Part shown: positions 1 to 11,662 of the stretch, piece after piece
Numbering within the stretch: position 1 is the first letter of the stretch
Layout: the number at the start of each line of letters is the position of its first letter
Assembly (NCBI RefSeq): GCF_018350175.1
Contig: NC_058368.1
Coordinates: forward strand, 237,834,001 to 237,898,000
Reading direction: 5' to 3'
Source of the DNA: Felis catus
Taxonomy: Eukaryota
DNA length: 64,000 nucleotides
The notes under the pieces: generated by a model
Database searches by the model: none
What the model saw: the letters and a program-made list of their open reading frames with translations, nothing else
What the model was told of the DNA's origin: nothing
Translations under genes and position numbers: made by a program

Positions 1-344
1 AGTGTCCACATATCCCCCGATGCTGAGCTGAGATCAATGTGAAAAAAATATTTCTTGGTAAATGTGCACTTATGACCCAAAGCTCATGGGAAAAGCCAAT
101 CACAAGCGCTGGGAAACCAAGGCCCGTGCAGACTCGGAGGGTTTTAGTCTCAAAGCGCCTGTATCTCCGAGTTGAAGGTAGCGAGTTGAAGCCATTAGGC
201 GAATCCGTGAGCGTTCCTCTTTGTGTCCTAACTTTGCCAACACCGGCCCACACCGTCAGGGCAGGAGCACCTGAGGGCGTCCCTGAGAGCGGGGCACAGA
301 CCCGGCTCGCGGGACCTTCGCCATACGCGTTTGGTGAATTCGTC

Positions 345-710
345 GTAACTGATGTCTAGTTCACCGCAATATTAGATTAGTTCCGGGTGCACAGCATCGC
401 GATTCCACGTTTAGAGCCTTTGGGAAGTGATCGCCCTGGGGAGTCTAGTCCCATCCAGCACCACACAGAGTCACTGCAGTGTCACTGGCTATGCCCCTTA
501 TGCTGCGCTTTTCGTCCTCGTGACCTGGTTGCTTTGTAGCCACAGAGTTTGTGTCCCTGAACGCCCTTGACCGCGTCCATTCATCCCCCGACCCCTCCCC
601 CTTCTGGCAACCACAGTCCACACAGGAGTGAGATCACACGTATCGGCTTTTCTCTACCTGACTTGCTTCGCTGCGAACGTGCCCTGTACGTCCATCCGTG
701 CTGTATCTGG
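345..710 (-). mobile_element. Old L1 3' end fragment (L1_Carn/L1MA-like), GC-shifted
   Basis: Resembles the reverse complement of an L1 3' UTR: 'aatattagattagttccgggtgcacagcat', 'ccccttctggcaaccacag', 'gagtgagatcacacgtat...ttctctacctgacttgcttcgct'. Subfamily from memory. Confidence 0.75.
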
Positions 711-2081
711 TGGGTGTTTGAGAGATTCTGGAAGGCTTGCTGACCCCCCATCCCCACCTCGTTGCAGGCGAGGACCAGAGAAGGGAACGCCTGAGGGCCC
801 CGAGCTGGGGGGAGCGTTGGCAAAGGGGTCCTGGGAACGACATCATGGCTCTTCTGGAAGGTAGCTGTACTTATGGTCTCAAAGCATTGAGTCAGAATTC
901 CTTATCTTCCTAGCAGTGTGTTGGTGCCCTCCATCGAGGATGGCTTAGCTGCAGCCAGCTGAGAGAGTATGAGCCCCCGATCGCCTGTAACGTCACAGCC
1001 ACAATGTGGAACAGGTGCCTGAAGACGTCCACGCCCCGCATGCGACCAAGGTTCCGCCTGTGATTCCATCCAGCCCGCCAGGGAAAATACTGAGTTTCAG
1101 AAAGTGTATGGAAGTCAAGGGGTCACAGGAGCACAGGTGGGAGCCCCCGATCTAGGTCAATGGTGTAAAAGAGAAACAGGAGAGGTCGGCGGCGAGGGCA
1201 GCAAACGTGGCCGAGGCGTCCGCAGGGCGCGGGAGCAGCAGACCCTGCGTGCGTTTGCCCCGGGCAAGCATGTCGGGACCCACTTGGCAGCTGGCGGGTG
1301 CCCGGAGGAGCAGGAGCCCCACGCTTGCGGGTGAGGAGGCCCGCGAGGGACAGCAGGTGCGAGACCACGGGTCGGGACACCACGGAGGGGACGTGGAGCG
1401 GTGCCGGCAGAGTGTGAACCCAGCCGGGACGCCTGCCGTTGGCCCAGATGCTGCAGGGCATCTCGGCAGGAGGTTGGGAAGTCACCGAGAACGAGTTAAA
1501 TGAGCCTTTGCGCTTTCAGAGCACGGGTGTGTGGCTCGTGGGGCCAGCTGCAGGGGCCCGTGAGGACGTGGATGTGGACAGTGACTAAGCATGAGGGCGT
1601 ATTTGGGCTTATTTCCCGACAGGCCCCTGCAGAAGGCCTCCTTGCAGGGTGGCTTCTGGGCAGTTCTCCCGGCACAGGCACCTGGCAGGGGGCAGGTACC
1701 CCACGAGGTGGACTGAACCGACGAGAGATAGGCTGGGGCTGCACGTGCAGAGTTTGGCATGAAATTCAGCCAGGGCAACTGCCTCCTGGAGAAGCAAAGC
1801 CACACAGGGCGGGACGCGGCCAGAGGGAGAAGGGGACATCTCGGGATTCCTCACTTAGGTCTCGTCGGAGGAGAGAGGCTTCCGGGAGCCCGGCTTCGGA
1901 GTTCCGCAGGGCTTCTTAGGACGGGATGAAAAGCACGGAGGACAGACTCCGAGAGCCCGGTTCCTGCCTCTGCCATGTGAGTGTTTACTCTGCGTTCACA
2001 TTTCCCTCCACTAAGATACTAGCTGTGGCTGCATAGACACTGGTCACCGTCTGACTCTCACGAATCTATCACCAGTGGCCA

Positions 2082-2148
2082 TTTTTCCTTTTTACTTAAC
2101 CTTAGTTAGCATACAGTGTCGTATTGGTTTCAGGAGTACGATTGTGCT
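2082..2148 (-). mobile_element. Very short 5'-truncated carnivore L1 (3' tail only)
   Basis: T-rich tail followed by 'ttagttagcatacagtgtcgtattggtttcaggagta', typical of the carnivore L1 3' terminus. Flanked by direct repeat AGTGGCCA at 2074-2081 and 2149-2156. Confidence 0.65.
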
Positions 2149-4079
2149 AGTGGCCACTTAAACCCTCTCTTTGCAAAGCCACTGGCAGGGTTACGCCTTC
2201 GGGACCTTCCTCCTCGTCCTGTAGGTAGAAGCCGGTGGAGGCCAGGAGAGGACAGTGGCCCGTCCAAGGTGGCACAGCCCCGGAACGCGGCACAGGGCGA
2301 CTCACTCTTCAGGGCCGATCGGGCTGCCTGCTGGCCAAGTTCACGTGGGTCGGGTCTGTGTCTGCTGTGACTGCAGCGGCCAGGCCGAGGCGTGCCGGCC
2401 ACGGGGGAGTGTGTCTTTGTGTGGAAGCCACGGTCCAGAAGACACGACAACAGGACGGTAACGGTGACTCCTGACGACGGCCTGGTCTCTGGCGGGTCTT
2501 TGGGCCATTAGTACGGAAGCCCGAGGTGTGCACCAGGAGGGCCAGCTCCGTGGCCGTGGCCGTGGCCGGGCACTACCTTGTTCTGGGAATGAGTAGGGAA
2601 AGATCCGCGTGCCTCCCCTTCGCCAGGTAAAGGTGGGCTCTTTGCAACACGGACACGTCGTCGGGAAAAGATACGTTGCCATGTGTGCCACGGCCGCAAC
2701 GGCCGGAGTTCCGGGATGGATTCCTGGCGGGCTGGGTTACAAGATGGCGGGTGGCGGGCACCCTTGGGAAGTCAGACGGCGAGACCCCCGGCGCTCTCGT
2801 GCACCCTGGGCATCAGGAGCCCGGACGTCCGGAGAGGACTCGTCTGCCCAGGACAGCGGCGGGTCCCGCCCCGTCCGCAGACAGGCGCTGTGACAGCTCC
2901 CACAGAAGCTCCGAGCGCCGTCACCATGGGTTCTTCTGCAGGTGACGCCCGCCTTCACTGTGTCTCCAGGGGCTGGGGCAGAGGAACTCGGCCCCACAGG
3001 TTTCTTGTGAGTAAATATCCAGTCTTCTTTTGATCCAGGAACCTCAGGTTTCCAGGGGGTAAAACAAGGAAGCACAGATCTGGAAAGCTCCCACGCATCA
3101 CACGGGCCCCAAGGAAGATGCTGGACCGGACACATGTTGCTGCAGCCGCTGAGTGTGCAGGACGGGCCTCTGCCTTCTCCCGTCTCAGCACCCCGCGGCT
3201 GCAGGGCCTCGAGCCCTTGTCCACCAGACAGGAGCACGGGTGCTCAGAAAAACCACCTGGCCATCCCCCTAGGGGCCACGTTCCGAGCAGTGTCCCCGAA
3301 AGAAGTGTCCCTGCGGTCCTGGCGGCACCCGGGGGTGCAGAGGAGGACAAGTACTGTTTGCTGCACGAGCGGGGTGTCCTAGCCCCGCTGGAGGGTGCGG
3401 AGGGAGCCGTGAGGCCGCCACCGGCCTGTGCCGGGAGCTGGCGGGCACTGGCAGCGGTTGTGGCCTCCCCCGCGGGCTCCCCTTCCCGCCTCCCGAGTCC
3501 GCACGAGATGCCGGAGGGGCCGCGGCTTCTGGGCAGGGCAAGACGTGGACCCAGGGCAGGTCCAATTTACGTTTCGGAAGATTTCCCTTCCCAAAAGGAA
3601 AGTGTCTCCGAAGTTGCTTCACTCTGAGAAGTTGGGAGGGAAACGTTCGGATAATCGTCATTAGGCTGTTCTTGTCCAGAAAAGCATTCGGTCTCCAAGT
3701 CTGAGCTCCGACGAGGAGCTGCCGGGACACCCGCCCCAGAGGCCCTCGGTCCTCCACTCGGGGTCTCCAGGTATAAGGTCATTCACACCAAGACGACAAG
3801 CACGGGGTCCCCCTGCTCTCCAAGCCGAGAGGAAGGCGCAGGGTGCCGGCTGAGGCCGCACTAATTAAAATCAGAATGACCCTCAGACTGAGGAGCGGAG
3901 AACCCAGAAAATACAAGGTGTGGGAGCCGAGGACTTGATAAGCAATTAAGGGTTGATGGAGTATCGTGTCCAACAGAGCAGACTAAGCATCCAGTTTTCA
4001 AAAAATCTCCCCGAAGAAAACGCCCACACAGAAGGGAAGGTTTTTAATTGTAGGCGTCGGGACGGCTGTAGACTGATGG

Positions 4080-4980
4080 GGACGGTGACTTTATCGGCCA
4101 AACGGATTCGGTGATGGATGTGCAGACAAAGCAGATGTTACAGGGGACACGGGGCACCGCGGCACGTGACGAGGTCGGCGGCGGGAAGCGACAGACAGAC
4201 AGACGGAGGCCGGTGGCGGGCCCGGTGGACCCGCGGGCTGTGTGCACCGCCCTCTGTTTGTGAGCGGAGCAGCCGCGGCCCCACGCTGTGTCGCCGCTGC
4301 TGGGCCTGGCACACACGTGACAGGGGCGCTGCGGTGAGCAGGCAGGGAGGGGAGAGTAATGGGGGCGAGCACGCGACCCACTGTGAGCGGCAGATGCTGC
4401 TGGCCTCGGTCCATCCGCCTGGCCGTGCGCTCTGGGCACCTGCCACAGGGGCCGGGCGTGCGAGGGCCGGGAACGGCGCGGTGCTCCGGGGACGAGGCTT
4501 CGGAGAGGAAAAGGAGCACAAAGGAGGGCAGGGCCACGTCCTTGGCACGTGCCGCACGGCACCGCGACCGCCTCGCCTCGCCGCGTGAGCCGTCCGTCAG
4601 CTCAGGGGCCGCTGGTGATTGCTCAGCACTGCCCCCCTCGTGCCCCACCCCGTCCAGCAAATGTCCTCTCGTGACGGCCCCTCCGGCAGCCGGCAGCACA
4701 ATGGATGACCGGGCGCCACGCGCACCTGCGGCCAGATGTTACAGCCCCAGCAACACCTGGGAGAGCGGCAGGGCGGAGAGCAGGTGACCTTCAGACACCT
4801 GGCCACGGAGCCGCAGGCGTCCATCCACCGCGGCGTCCGTGGAGCCGCTCGGACCGCGACACCTGCTCGTGGAGGAGACGCCGAGCGCCCGGCTGGCAGC
4901 GAAGGCGGCTCCCGCCGTGTGCGGGACGTCGGGCTCAACCCTGGACCCTCCGCGGCCCCTCACCCCGGGGCCCGCGACTA
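4080..4980. promoter_or_regulatory. CpG-island-like region (no associated gene seen)
   Basis: Visibly very GC-rich with dense unsuppressed CpG, e.g. 'gccgcacggcaccgcgaccgcctcgcctcgccgcg'. Observed/expected ratio not computed. Confidence 0.6.
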
Positions 4981-6422
4981 CCAGCTTGTATTCACTGGGC
5001 AGCAACGACATGCTGAAAAGAGCAGTGGCTGTGACAGTCTTCGTGGAAACCTGGGAGGTGGGTCCCCCCTCCCCCGCTTAAGGCAAAAGCAGGCAGCCCG
5101 CCCGGCCGACGGCACGCAGCACACAGGCCACCCATCAGCCTGGGCCCACCTGACGCCGGCTTCCTACCCCGTGTCACCGAGAGCACAGGATGCTGCCCGG
5201 GGTCCGTGATCATGGGTCCTGACTTCAGAGCGACATCCGATTTTGACCTCAGGTCAGGAAGGTCACATGGCAATGTTAATGTAGCACTGAAGCCAAGGTC
5301 GGCCCCCCTTTATCGTTGTAAGTCATGTGTCACCCTTCCAGGGGTAATTTATCGCCCGACGAACCTCTCGGGAGACGTGCCCAAAGCTTGGGTTCCGGTA
5401 CGGAGGCTGCTTGGGTGTCATCAGATGCTTTCAGGGCAGCTCATTCCACAGGGAGACCCCTGTGGGCTCGTAACAGACCCTGAAGGCTTGTCTGTAAAGA
5501 AAGGAGTTTTATTTTTCCTGCGGGAACACGCCAGCTGTTTTCATGGGCTAACACAGCATCGCGGGAGCGATCCCGGGCTGGGGAGGGAGTCCGATGTGGA
5601 CCCCAAGCCCGTCCTCTGCTTCCCTGAGTCTGTAGGTTGGGGGGATGAGGGGATACCGCACACCCCACCCCGTTTGCCGCAGGGGCTCAGGCCCGGCGAC
5701 TCGGGGGGGGGGGGGACCACCGCGCAGCTGGTCGCTCACACCCACACGGGCCAAGAGGGCAGGGAGAAGATACGTCGTGTGGCCAGCAAGTCCCTGCACA
5801 TCCTAGACGTGGGTGCCCGGACCTTCAGGAGACACCTGAGGTCTGAGAAGGCTTGAAGAGGCGGGAGGGTTCCCGTGCTGGGGTGACCTCACTGACTCCA
5901 TGACATCCGGTAAGCAGACTGGACGGGTTCGGGGATGAAGCTTGTTGCAGACTATTGGCCATATACCCATGGTGCCCGTTTCAAGACGGGCTACGGTCTG
6001 ACTCCAGGGCGCTGGAGAAGCTCACCCCGTGCTAGCGGCAGGCACGCTGCCCTGGTGCGTCTTGTGGGGCCCGGGTCCCGGCCCCCATCGACACGGTCGC
6101 TGGGCGGGCAGAGCCGAGATGAGTCGGAATCGGGCCCGAAGAAAGCAGTGCTTCTGTGCCCATGTCCCCCGGCCAGAGACGGGCCATCGGAAGCTCTGCT
6201 CCTGAAAAGTACCACCTACAGAAATCTGCGTCCCTTAGCTACTGGCCACACAACAGGTTGTCTCGAACCAGAGGCTAGACGCAGCAAATGTTTCACTACT
6301 GCTCCCGAGTCTGTGGGTCACAGGGGGTGATTGTCAGTCCTTCTGTCTCCTATGTCTCGCCGAGACCTCATGTGACCTCCACTGGGAAGGCTGGGAGGCT
6401 GGGGGGGGGCACTCTAGGGGGC

Positions 6423-6775
6423 TGCATGGACTGAACTGTGTCCCCCACCCCCCGCCCAAGTCTAACCCCCAATGTGATGGTGTTTGGAGAGGCAGCTATA
6501 AAGGAGGTAACGATGTCAAGTGAGTTCATAAAAAGGGAGCCCTGATCCTATTGGACCGGTGTCCTTACGAGCAGAGGAAGAAGCAGCAAAGCTGTTTCAC
6601 TGTGTGTACGGGGAAGGGGCCGCGCAAGGACCCAGGGAGAAGGTGGCTGTCTATGAGCCAGGAGGAGAAGCCTCACCGGAAACCATCCTGCCGGCCCCGG
6701 ATCTCAGGCCTCCAGCCTTCAGAGCTGAGAGAACATCAGTCTGCTGTCCGAGCCCCCCGTCCACCGGGCCAGGCT
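6423..6775 (+). mobile_element. MaLR solo LTR (MLT1A-like)
   Basis: MLT1 hallmarks: 'tgcatggactgaactgtgtccccc', 'taacccccaatgtgatggtgtttggaga', 'ggtgtccttacgagcagagg', 'gagaaggtggctgtctatgagccagga', 'ctccagccttcagagctgagagaa'. Confidence 0.85.
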
Positions 6776-7013
6776 GGGCTCCTCACGAAGCTATCTCAGG
6801 GGACACGAAGGGGACGGGGAAGCCACCAGGCCTTGGGAGACCTAGCTTGGGACCACACAGCTCCTCTCTGCCTCTAGGACAGTGGCCCCGGGCAGGACGG
6901 TGAGGACACACAGCCCCACCTCTCGACTGAGGGACCGTGAAGTGCACGTGGACGTTTGCACCCTGCCCTCCCTCCTGGACAGAGGTGGACCCGACTGCTG
7001 TGTGCGTGAGATG

Positions 7014-8210
7014 TTACTTTTATCATTACTTCTAAGTGTACAGAAAATTGCGTGGGAAGAATGGAAAATGGCCGGACCCCTGTATCACGAATGTCTCGCG
7101 TTGGTGCGATACATTTGTTGTGACGGGTGGGCCCATGCTGATGGTCACTGCTTATTAGCTGAGATGCACGGTCCTCCTAGGGTCCCTCTGGGTGTGGGAC
7201 ACTCTCTGGGCTTGGACAAGTGCATAATGACACGTGTCCACCATTGTCGTGGCTTACAGGACAGTGTCACCGCACTAAACGCCCCCCGTTGGTCACCTGG
7301 TCACCTGCCACCCCCAGCCCCTGGCAACCGCTGACCTTTTCACGGTCTCCATGGCTTTGCCATTTCCAGAATGTCATAGTGTTGGAATCACACCGTGTGT
7401 GGCCTTTTCAGACTGGCTCCTCTCGGAGTAATACGCACTGAAGAGTTCTCTCTGTCTTTTCACGGGTTGACAGCTGGTTTGTTTTTTTTTTTTAGTGCAG
7501 AATACTATTCCATTGTCTGGGTGTCCCGCACCTTCTGTGTCCATTCTCCTACCGAAGGGCACCTTGGCCGCTCCCAGGTGGTGTTGGCTGTGAATAAAGG
7601 TTTTTGTGTGGACGAGAATTTTCAGCTCACGTGGGTAAATCCCCAGAGTTACCTGCGGGCTCGCGTGGTGAGAGCGAGCTCAGTTGTGAAGGAAGCCAGC
7701 TGCCGCCACGTCGCATCCCCGCCATGTCGCGACGCCCGAGGGCTCCCGCTGCGCCCCGTCCTCGCCAGCCGTGCCGGGGCGCGCGTTCTGGGAGACGTGC
7801 GTGCTGGTGTCTCGCAGCTGCTCTGGCTGGCAAGCCCCTCCTGACGCACAACGGGGAGCACCTGTCACGGGCTGATTCTCCACCCCCGGTCTTCTCTGGC
7901 GTCGTGCTCGACGTTCCGCCAGTTTCCCAGTTTGCAATACTTTCATATTATTGAGCTTTCAGTGTTCTTCGGATGCTTCGGATACTAGTATGTTTTGCAA
8001 ATCGTTTCGTGTCCAAACAGTGTCTTACACAGAGGTTTTTAACTTTACAGAACTTTAGCTGAGCAATTGCCTCCTTCGTGGATAGCGCCTTTGGTGTTAA
8101 CGTCTAAAAGTCACATCACATCCAAGGTCGCCCAGATTTTCTCCTCAGAGCTAAGTCTATGAGTATTTACGATTACTTCTATTTCAGTGTATGATCTGGT
8201 TCGAGTTCAT
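7014..8210 (-). mobile_element. Ancient L1 3' region (L1MC1-like)
   Basis: Matches the remembered L1MC reverse-complement consensus: 'tacatttgttg', 'gggcttggacaagtgcataatgacacgtgtccaccatt', 'ccctggcaaccgctgacctttt', 'tttccagaatgtcatagtgttggaatcaca', 'ccaaggtcgcccagattttctcct'. Confidence 0.85.
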
Positions 8211-11007
8211 GAGACCCAGGTTTTTAAGCTCTAAACTCACACAACTCGGGAGGCCCGCTACGAAGAAAACACAGAATCACAGCCGCCAGACTAAATCAGT
8301 CCCTCGTGAAGGAGTCATTGCAAGGGAAGCACCCACACCCCATCAGCTTCAGGGTGAATCTGCCTGTGTGGCCGGGGTGGGGCGGGCGTGTGTGCTGCGG
8401 CCCCCGTGAGGGCACGACGATGACACGGGACGCACGGTTGTGCTAGAATCACGAGGGCCTGAGGACCTGGCCCAGCGGCCCAGCCCGGGATGCAGAAACC
8501 CAGGTAGACGCGTCTCTGCCTCCAGGCCACGTGAGGGTCTGCTGAGGTTCCAGGCCCTTCCGGGACCTCGTGGACCAACACCATCCTGCCCATTCAGCTC
8601 CTTCCGCTCCAGAGTCTTGCAACTGCCCCAACAACACCTGGGGAGCGACGAGCCCCCATCACTCAGATCCCCCGTCACCCTGTGTGCCCCAAAGGGACAG
8701 AAACCAGCATCTAGCTCCTCAGTGGTTACCGGCCTCTCTCTCCCCGGCCCCACGTTGTCACCCCTGGGGGGCCCAAGCTCGTCCGCTCTCCAGCGCGCCA
8801 GGCCCCGGTCTCTGCAGGTGTTTCCAGGCCCCTCCCCCCAGGGCTCCTGAGAACCAAGGCCAGGCAAGAGCCCCACTTGCTCGCGTCAGGCCTGGCCCAC
8901 CAACTCTGGCTGCTGGCTGGGCCAGTGGGTACAGCCCTGGTTTTGGTGCCATGTGGCATGTGGGGCTTCCCCAGCGGCCTCACCTGGACAGGAAGGTGCC
9001 CCTGGGGGCCGAGGGAGGAGCCGTTAGTTCCTGGAATCCTGGTTCTTTGTTTTGGGGTGAACGGGTGGCCGGCTGATTTTAGCTCGCGGCCCCTTCAACC
9101 AGGGCGTTAGAGCTGATCGAGGCGCCTGCCCTCCATCCTGGGAATCCAGCCCTGCAGGCGTGCATGAGGGCTTCCGGCCCGTCTGCACCCCTGCGCCGAG
9201 ACAAACAGAGACGGGGGTGCCCGGGGCCCCTCCCCTCGCAGCCAGGGCAGCGCCTGAGCCAAGGTGAGAGCAGGGGAAGCAGCAGAGGAAGGGGCCTCGG
9301 CCCGAGTTCCCCAGCCTCAAACCCCACAGACACTTGACCACCATATTCGGGGAAGGGCCAAGAACACGCACCTGAAGTCACGTGTCCTTCTCACCGTGGA
9401 GGCTACCCCGCGTGGCACTCCCTGCGCCCAGGCTGGGGCCGCAGTCGGGGCCCCCCAACCCCAGACCCACAGGTGCCGGCGCCGTCCCGCCGAGTGAAAA
9501 CACGCACCGAACCGCCGTGCCGGGGTCCCCTCTTGGACCGGGCGACGACAGGTGCACGTCTCTGGGGGGGGCCAGCAAAAGCCCCCTTCACTGCAAGCCT
9601 GGGGTTCGGAGCCGAGCGAGCAGGAGCTCCCGGCCAGGCGCCCGGGCGTCCACGTGGCCGTCGCCGGTGGGTCCACCCCGGCACACACCATTTATTCTGG
9701 GAGTTACAGCCTGCCTTCGTTTTCTTTTAAGAGATCCGTTCTGAGCGAGGTGCTGCTTCACCCTGTCCCGACAGACAATGGTGGCATTGAATGGCATTAA
9801 GCACGCTGTGCCCACGGGTGCGACAGCCAAGCTAAGTGTCCGCTTTGAAGGGCCCTCTGGGGACCTCACAGCCCCAAGCGGGTGGTGAAGCCAGCACAGA
9901 GCCCGCACACGGCAAGTGACAGGCGAGTCCCCGAAGATCAAAGACTGTGTTATGCCGACGGCTCTAGTTGGGGCACCACCCCCGGCCCCGTCAGGACGTG
10001 GCCGGGGTCCTGAGTCCTGTGCTGTCTCTAGCCTAGTGGCCTCTGTCTGCTGTTCTTCCAGGGACCTGTTCGTGCAGGAAAATAGTTGAACACCCCACAG
10101 TGGTCCCCCCGGAGTCTTGTCATGGTCCGTCCCAGGGGCGGAGGGCGTCTGCCTGCTGACCATCAGTGTGGTCATGGAGAGGGGAGGCCGGGAGCTGACG
10201 GTGGTGCAGGGGACCTGCCCCTTGAGCCTGGAAGGAGCACTGGGCACCGTCCAACCTTGGAAGGGTGGGCAGGCAGTGAGACATGAGTCTTGGCGGTTGA
10301 TGCGTGAATTGCGGGCTGAGACTGAGTATAATGGAAGCAAACTATGCATAGACGAGGCACGGTTCAGATCTACGATCAGTGAGTTTGGAGCCCAGGGTTC
10401 CATGTGCTTGGCTGCAGAAATAACGCAGGCGGGGCAGGTGGCAGTCTCCTTTAGAATTCCGTGAAACCGCTCAAATTGTTTGCTGTCTGTATTTTCCCGT
10501 GCATCTTGGGATATCCTCTCCTGTTGTTGGCGTACCGCAGAGGGGTCACTAGGCACGCCACCGTGAGGACAGCAGTGCAGCCCAGCTTCACGTCAGTGGC
10601 AGCTGGGACCGCACACAACAACCACAAACAAAAGTGAAAACGTGGACACAGCCCTTGGTCGGAGAACCACACACACAAAGGAGACACTGTGTGCGGCTGG
10701 TTAACAGGCTGTTGCTGTCGGGAGGAGACATTGTCTGTCACCGCCTTGGACGGCGGGTGCACTCCATGCTCCTGGAGCAGCAGGACCCCTCTGAGGTTCC
10801 CCAGCCTGGTCTCCCTGCTGCTCACGTAGCCTCCCGCATTCTTACACGACTGCCAGGTACCCCATATGCATTACAAATTGGGGGGTGGTGAACGTGAGAT
10901 GTTTGTTTTGGTGACGTGGGCAAGCAATGCTCGGAGTGACATTTGCCACGCACAGCGCTGGGTCCTGCAGCTTTCCCAGTGTGTGCTGCCTCTGCCTTGC
11001 TCGCTGT

Positions 11008-11662
11008 GGACACCAAAGGATGACTCAGTTCACAGACACTGAGGGATGAGTACGTTCATGGACACCGACGGATGACTCGGTTCATGGACACCGACGGATG
11101 ACTCGGTTCATGGACACCGATGGATGACTCGGTTCATGGACACCAAAGGATGACTCAGTTCATGGACACCAAGGGATGAGTACGTTCATGGACACCAATG
11201 GATGACTCGGTTCACGGACACCGAGGGATGAGTACGTTCATGGACACTGATGGATGACTCGGTTCGTGGACACCGACGGATGACTTGGTTCATGGACACC
11301 GACGGATGACTCGGTTCGTGGACACCGACGGATGACTCAGTTCGTGGACACCGAGGGATGACTCAGTTCATGGACACCAAGGGATGAGTACGTTCATGGA
11401 CACCAATGGATGACTCAGTTCATGGACACCGAGGGATGACTCGGTTCATGGACACCGACGGATGACTCAGTTCGTGGACACCGAGGGATGACTCAGTTCA
11501 TGGACACCAATGGATGAGTCGGTTCATGGACGCCGAGGGATGACTCGGTTCATGGACACCGACGGATGACTCAGTTCGTGGACACCGAGGGATGACTCAG
11601 TTCATGGACACCAAGGGATGAGTACGTTCATGGACACCAATGGATGACTCGGTTCATGGACA
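11008..11662. repeat. 26-bp minisatellite (VNTR-like), 25 full units plus partial
   Basis: Consensus GGACACCGAC/GGGATGACTCG/AGTTCAT repeated head-to-tail without indels from 11008 to 11657 (25 x 26 = 650 bp), then GGACA. Confidence 0.97.

Noticed and set aside
9588..10556. 322-aa minus-strand ORF (longest in the window)
   Set aside because: It starts at a non-ATG codon, is Ser/Pro/Arg-rich, and has no motif or homologue I recognise. Long stop-free frames are expected at this GC content. BLASTP or PhyloCSF would settle it.
11008..11662. CRISPR array
   Set aside because: Units are contiguous with only point variants. There are no unique spacers, leader or cas genes, and the context is eukaryotic.
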